The position numbers and the translations under genes are program-made. The notes under the pieces are model-generated. The model did not search any database, was not told the origin of the DNA, and worked only from the letters and a program-made list of their open reading frames with translations. Of a DNA stretch of 14,887 bases, positions 10,109-14,887 are shown piece after piece. The stretch comes from Rotaria socialis (lineage: Eukaryota). The stretch covers positions 113,928 through 128,814 of the forward strand of contig CAJNYT010000794.1 in NCBI GenBank assembly GCA_905331485.1, read 5' to 3'. Position 1 is the stretch's first letter. Each line of letters begins with the position of its first letter.

Positions 10109-10805
10109 CATCAAGCCAAAATTCCTCCGCAATGCACATGCCATTTGTGCATCGGAATTCATCATACTCACATTCATTGAACTCTAATTTGTCACAATTT
10201 TCTTCATCGGTACCATTCGAACACCGCTGAAAACTGTCGCAAATTTCACGCCAATCCAGACAGAGAGGACTCGAAAGACAAGATAGTGTCTCATAGCAGA
10301 GAATCTTTCCGTAGCGTTGAGTATTCCATTCATCGCCGTTTTCCTTTTGTTCAAACTGAGCGTTGATTGCCTCGCTGAAGAATTTTGCCTCGTGTGTCAA
10401 TTTATACTCACAATATTTGCCGAATGTTCCCGAGTTTGTGCAGTTACATACAAATCTATCATCATTATCGTCAATTAACGATCGATTGTAGAAGGCCCTG
10501 GCGTACAAGTCGACCATCTCGACACTTGAACTCCAGTTGAGGATCTCGCTTGGATGAATTTTTTGATCGAGTAGATCGCGAAAGTATTTCTTCTGTCCTT
10601 GATTGTCACACTCACTCCTATTTCGAACAAGTGTTTGACTCCCACCTGGGCGTCGGCAATAAGAAATTTCTTCTCCGTCATTATAAGTGTAGTAGACACA
10701 ATCGAATTTCTCAAATGCCTCTCCATTTTCAGTATTGTAAAGTAGAACTCGACCATATGTGTCGCTGAAGATCAAGAGAAAAGTCGCTACGAAAGACGTC
10801 AACAT
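10109..10805 (-). CDS. Exon 1 of the LDLa/EGF/7TM receptor gene. It holds the ATG start, an N-terminal signal peptide and the first LDLa modules.
   Basis: ATG at 10803-10805 followed by hydrophobic MLTSFVATFLLIFSDTYG (signal-peptide-like). CLDWREICDSFQRCSNGTDEENC is a canonical LDLa module. The second module (EFNECEYDEFRCTNGMCIAEEFWLDG) is completed by exon 2. Confidence 0.75.
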
Positions 10806-11277
10806 CTCCGAACTATCCCGCGCTCACAATCCACATCAATAGATAATCATCAACACTTTATCTACCTGTGAAGAAAGAAAAGCTAACAAAGAACAATCCC
10901 TTTCAAATGATTTTTTTATTCCATGATATTTTTCGATATTATCATATTTCATGGGATGAGCACGTATGAAACAACAGTGATGAATAAATAGTCAATAAAT
11001 GATGACGTGCATGAAAAAAAGCCTTGTTTCAAACAAGCACACAAATAATGCATGATAATGAAAGACGGATGAATCACAAGAGAACATTTCCAGGTGTCGG
11101 AGCGCTTTTCAGCCGGGGTTTTGCGCATCTTGTAGCTCATAGTGAGCTGTGTCTATGGGAAAAAAGGTTCGGGTTTCTGGTATGTTTCTGGAGAAATATC
11201 GAGTTTTCGTTGAATTTTCTATATAGTATCCCATCTTTTTAGTAAAGCTATAGTTTTGAATTTTGACTCGAAACAGT

Positions 11278-11521
11278 ACCCACATAACGATCCCAGCTGG
11301 ACTAACTTGTATAACAAAATTCAGAAGTTTTGGACAAAGTCCCTCCTAGATATCGAACTATCACGGCACAGACTCTTTTTCATAGATCGAATGTATACTA
11401 TGCGTACTTTGAAAATTTCATATCTCGGAGAGGCTTTGTCCAAAACATCTGAATTTTGTTATCCAAGCTAGTCCAGCTGGGATCGTTAGGGTGTGGGTGT
11501 GGGTGTGGGTGTGAGGGTGTG
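11278..11521. mobile_element. Palindromic foldback or MITE-like element. The inverted-repeat arms are 58 bp (11285-11342) and 57 bp (11432-11488), about 93% identical, around an ~89-bp central segment. It is capped on both outer ends by telomere-like hexamers (acccaca on the left, (gggtgt)5 on the right).
   Basis: Left arm taacgatcccagctggactaacttgtataacaaaattcagaagttttggacaaagtcc. Reverse complement of right arm taacgatcccagctggactagcttggataacaaaattcagatgttttggacaaagcc. The flanks acccaca|taacg and cgtta|gggtgtggg extend the palindrome into the telomeric units. Confidence 0.7.
11489..11521 (+). repeat. Telomere-like (GGGTGT)n G-strand, about 5 units
   Basis: gggtgtgggtgtgggtgtgggtgtgagggtgtg. 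Confidence 0.9.
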
Positions 11522-11544
11522 AAACTCAGAATGAAAACAAACAT

Positions 11545-11562
11545 CCCATACCCACACCCCCC
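11545..11562 (+). repeat. Short C-strand telomere-like block, inverted relative to 11489-11521
   Basis: cccatacccacacccccc, 23 bp downstream of the G-strand block. Confidence 0.6.
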
Positions 11563-14500
11563 TCAGCAAATTGCTAAATACCTCAAGAAACCACCACTCC
11601 TTTCCTATCGTGGCACCTGAGAAACAAAATCATGGCTTATCTTTCTATGACAATAAAACACGGAGCCCACTAGTTTTAATGAAAGTTCATTTTTTATTGA
11701 AATTCTATTTAATAATTCAAATGATCCTAATAGTAAGTCAGGATTATGAGCAACCATGTTATTGTTAAAACTACTAGAAACCTTGCTATCAACTTGATCA
11801 AGCATTTGTACCAATTTTATTTTAAAAAATCAAGAGTGGAAAACTTTTTAGCTCTGGAATAGTTCTATTTGCTGTCAGATTATTTTTTCTAGTGCCTTTT
11901 TTCAATAACCTTTTTCAGGTAGTTGGTTAGTTTCTATGGTTTCGGGTGCAATCATGCCTTAGATAGTTATCACGTTTATAAATAATCAAAATCTAGGCGG
12001 AAAATTAACAACGATCTTCATTGTAAAGAAAAAGAATAAAAATACTTTTCAATTCATTCCCATCCATAAATACAAAATTAGGACTGGAATCAGATTGAAA
12101 TGAATTAAGCCATTTCTTATAATAATGAGCTTTTAATCCATTTTCAAACAGTTTTCACAAAACAACAACCTAAAAAAGTCGAAATATTTCATGCATCACA
12201 CGATTGCTACTGAGTATAATCGATTAAGACTTCATAAAAACTAGAGTGTAACTGGCGCAAACCACATTAAAACTTTTCATTTGTCACAAATAAAAACAAA
12301 ATTGAAATCTTATGATAATAATCAAATTCGAATTCTGTATTTTTACATGGACAGCATCATTTTGCTAAAAATGTGAGCCTATCTGTTAGAGTCATATATT
12401 TACATTCCTTGGCTCACTTCGTTCTTCACAATATATGTTTATTCAAGCGGCATTGCTTGATACTTTATTCTCTCACATCAGTATTTAATTCGATTTGATT
12501 CTTAATAAAAAGAACACCAAGAAAGGATTCTCGAATACTACCCTAGACTAAAATTGCTCCGCCGTCTCTGCTCACAGGCCGTGGTAAACGGGTTCCAAAA
12601 AAAAAGAGTTTCATCGTGTTTCACATTTTTATCCTACATGGACTGTGCTAGCAGCTTTTTTCATCAAATCGAAATACTCAGAAGTGAAATTGACACTTTT
12701 CAGATCTGAAATGCAATGTTTTAGAATGAAAAAATGGCATATTTTCACCAGAAGATACTATTATCATTACCATCAGATATAGAAGCTAACAACTTACCTC
12801 AATAAAATATTCTCTGCAAAACACTTTATCTAGCTATTACACCGTGTTTATGTGTTGTTAATATATTTTCCATAGCTCATTATAATTCTATTATAGGAGT
12901 CATTTCGTGCTTGGAAAATGCCACCAAATCAAACAAAGATCGTCAACAACTTTTGTAACGATGACTAAAAGAAAATATAGTACTTGGAAATTTGAATCGC
13001 AAAATGTATTCTTTTCTTCTGTTTACTATTACTTTTTTCCTCTTAGCAACCCTCGGGTACTTTAATTTGATCTTAGATGATGAAGTTTGTTTCTCTTTTT
13101 GGTAAGAATCACGAAGCGGAAGAAATAAAAGTAATTAAAGAAAAATGAAAAACACCGAGCTTCTGATTGACTAGAAACTATTTGTTTCAAGTTAAAAGCA
13201 GTTGTGTGAGTTTTTTATGGCTAATTTAAATTTTAGTCGTAAAGAAAGATCTTGAAATAACTATGATTCAGTCATGAAAAACTATTAACATAAGACCTGT
13301 GAAATCAAAGTTTGGGTAGCAATGAAACTGCTTTATTCTAAAAACCATTAACATTGATCTCTTAGAAGTTCCAAAGTGTTACCATGCGAATTTCAAAACT
13401 ATTTTTATGCTCTGAAATCAATAAAAATATCGCCACAATATTTAGTATTTTGAACGAAATAGAATTACTGTTGATACTTCTGCTTTCGTGTACATAGCAG
13501 ATGTCTACTATGACAAGTTTATAAGAAGTCATTAAAACTTCGAAACTTTTACGAATGTATCTGAGAAGTCTATTAGACTTTTAAGAATTTTGTGTAAATA
13601 CAACCAAGAAGAAAACAATTGAAACAATAAGATGACAAATATAATTGAGCAAGTAAGAGAAATGGAAAAGGTAAATTTGCCAACCTATATGAAAGCAGTC
13701 GATGGCATGAACCCATTTCGTTGAGTGCTTTGTCAATTTCTTTTTGTTTATCGTTTTATTTTTTCCAAGTAGCAAGTAAATGCCAACAAAATATTTATAA
13801 TCAGGGATGGAAAGCATATTGCTAGCACAGTAGTGTCAAACTTGAAATTTGAATTCACCTAAAACTTCAAGTTTCATGCTTCAAGTTACGAGTAGGAATC
13901 CACCAGGAACCAGTAAATCTGTTAGACTAGAAATGCTAGTATAGGTGCGTCCGTAGTTACAAGTTTTCAATTCTTCAACTATTCAATAATTAACGTTTCC
14001 AATTTTCAGGTATTGATTTTTCATGAATTTCAAAGAGTACGCGTCAACAACGTATCTCGACATTCCCTGTGTGTATTTTTGTTATGCATCCGTCTAACAG
14101 TACACCCATAGTTAGAGAGATGCGTTTTGATCGTCTTTCACGACATGGCCACGCTATTGTGTAGTGTATCTACATGTCTTCCGTATCTAGTATATGCCTA
14201 GCATCTTTAGTTCTATTCCAATTCTGTCAATTTAAATGAGTCAGCATGTGATTGAAACTGGACACTTGAAGGTTGCAAAGCTAAAGTTTCAGTGAGATTC
14301 ATTTCAAATATTAAATTTATATGCCAATTGTCGAATACGCAAATTTTAACGAGTTGCTTTGCTCATTTTTCACTATCAACGTATAAAAGCAACGCTTTTG
14401 CATTTGTTTATATGCATGTGTATAACTATCATCGCGCTCTAGAGAATAATGACACATCGTTGTACATGGTCCAAATGAATATTGTGTTACTAACTGACGA

Positions 14501-14676
14501 AGGAGAAAATCCGGTGTGTTTTCATAAAGATTACAATTTTCTTGAAAAATATTTCACGATCATTTATTAACTTTGTTAGAGATTTCCAGATACTCTTTCA
14601 TTCTAAAGAGATAGAATGTACCAATCTGAAGAAGAAAATTTGTACTCATAAAATTCAAATCATTAAATGTCTTACA

Positions 14677-14775
14677 GGGGTCGCAACGGGCCGCCCGACC
14701 CGGTGGACCGACCCGGACCGGGCGGGCCACGTATTTCTTCGGTCCACCCGGACCGGCTTGTTTTATTTTTTTTTC
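14677..14775 (+). other. Isolated GC-rich segment of about 82 bp (roughly 75% GC) with nested inverted repeats, followed directly by a T-run (ttttattttttttt). It could be a small structured RNA (Pol III-type T-run terminator) or a transposable-element terminus.
   Basis: ggccgcccg...cgggcgggcc form an imperfect outer stem. Inner cccggtggaccg pairs with cggtccacccgg. cggtcc-accc-ggaccg is a 6-bp stem with a 4-nt loop immediately before the T-run. The surrounding DNA is about 28% GC. Confidence 0.35.
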
Positions 14776-14887
14776 TTATGAATCGAACATAACTGGTGCG
14801 TCAGCATAAATGGCGGTCTCAATATTTCTTCAATATTCCTTTCAGCTTTCATAGTTTCGGGCTGACTTTTATACCAAAAGATTCAGC

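Noticed and set aside
6553-10756. Nested or antisense ORFs inside the large gene (6553..6756, 6572..6772, 6970..7161, 7224..7508, 7591..8058, 8247..8444, 8370..8864, 8861..9046, 9040..9240, 9374..9658, 9738..9974, 10475..10756, 10550..10768) and 5455..5790
   Set aside because: All overlap the 1102/421/236-codon frames in other frames or on the opposite strand, and none has recognisable motifs. They are expected by chance inside a long exon.
14542-14781. ORF 14542..14781 (+) ending across the GC-rich hairpin
   Set aside because: The translation across the hairpin is Gly/Arg/Pro/Thr-rich low complexity. The upstream part has no start context or motifs. The GC island is better explained as an RNA-structure or TE feature.
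1-14887. Prokaryotic interpretation (operons, defence systems, CRISPR, intrinsic terminators)
   Set aside because: The large gene needs two GT...AG introns to stay in frame. It has a eukaryotic signal peptide, LDLa/EGF modules and a GPCR domain. Telomeric hexamers and a mariner relic are present. There are no RBS-spaced gene arrays, no CRISPR repeats and no rRNA or tRNA.

Overview
This is AT-rich eukaryotic DNA with spliced genes, not a prokaryotic locus. Several ORF-track 'M' starts are actually GTG codons, so the track's start calls are unreliable here.

Main content, from start to end:
- 1-760: a decayed Tc1/mariner-like transposase pseudogene, truncated at the window edge.
- About 1255-1716, 5121-5422 and 11489-11562: three patches of telomere-type hexamer repeat (GGGTGT)n = (TGTGGG)n. 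In each patch a G-strand block is followed a short distance later by a C-strand block, so the repeats sit head-to-head. Older degenerate C-rich blocks lie nearby.
- 2446-3210, minus strand: a 254-codon ORF of uncertain product (tentatively caspase-fold-like). Its N-terminus is unresolved.
- 5504-10805, minus strand: a large three-exon gene with two micro-introns of 47 and 50 nt (GTGAGT...YAG). The predicted protein is about 1734 aa: signal peptide, multiple LDL-receptor class A modules, a Cys-rich region, four EGF-like modules, then a divergent rhodopsin-like 7TM domain with a DRL motif at the end of TM3.
- 11278-11521: a roughly 240-bp near-perfect palindrome. It has 58-bp inverted-repeat arms around a loop of about 90 bp, and telomeric hexamers on both outer ends.
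- 11.8-14.6 kb: a gene-poor AT-rich stretch.
- 14677-14775: an isolated GC-rich nested hairpin followed by a long T-run.

The TGTGGG telomeric unit, the roughly 50-nt introns, the mariner relic and interstitial telomeric repeats between genes together match what is described for bdelloid rotifer (Adineta-like) subtelomeric regions. That taxonomic assignment is an inference I cannot confirm from sequence alone.
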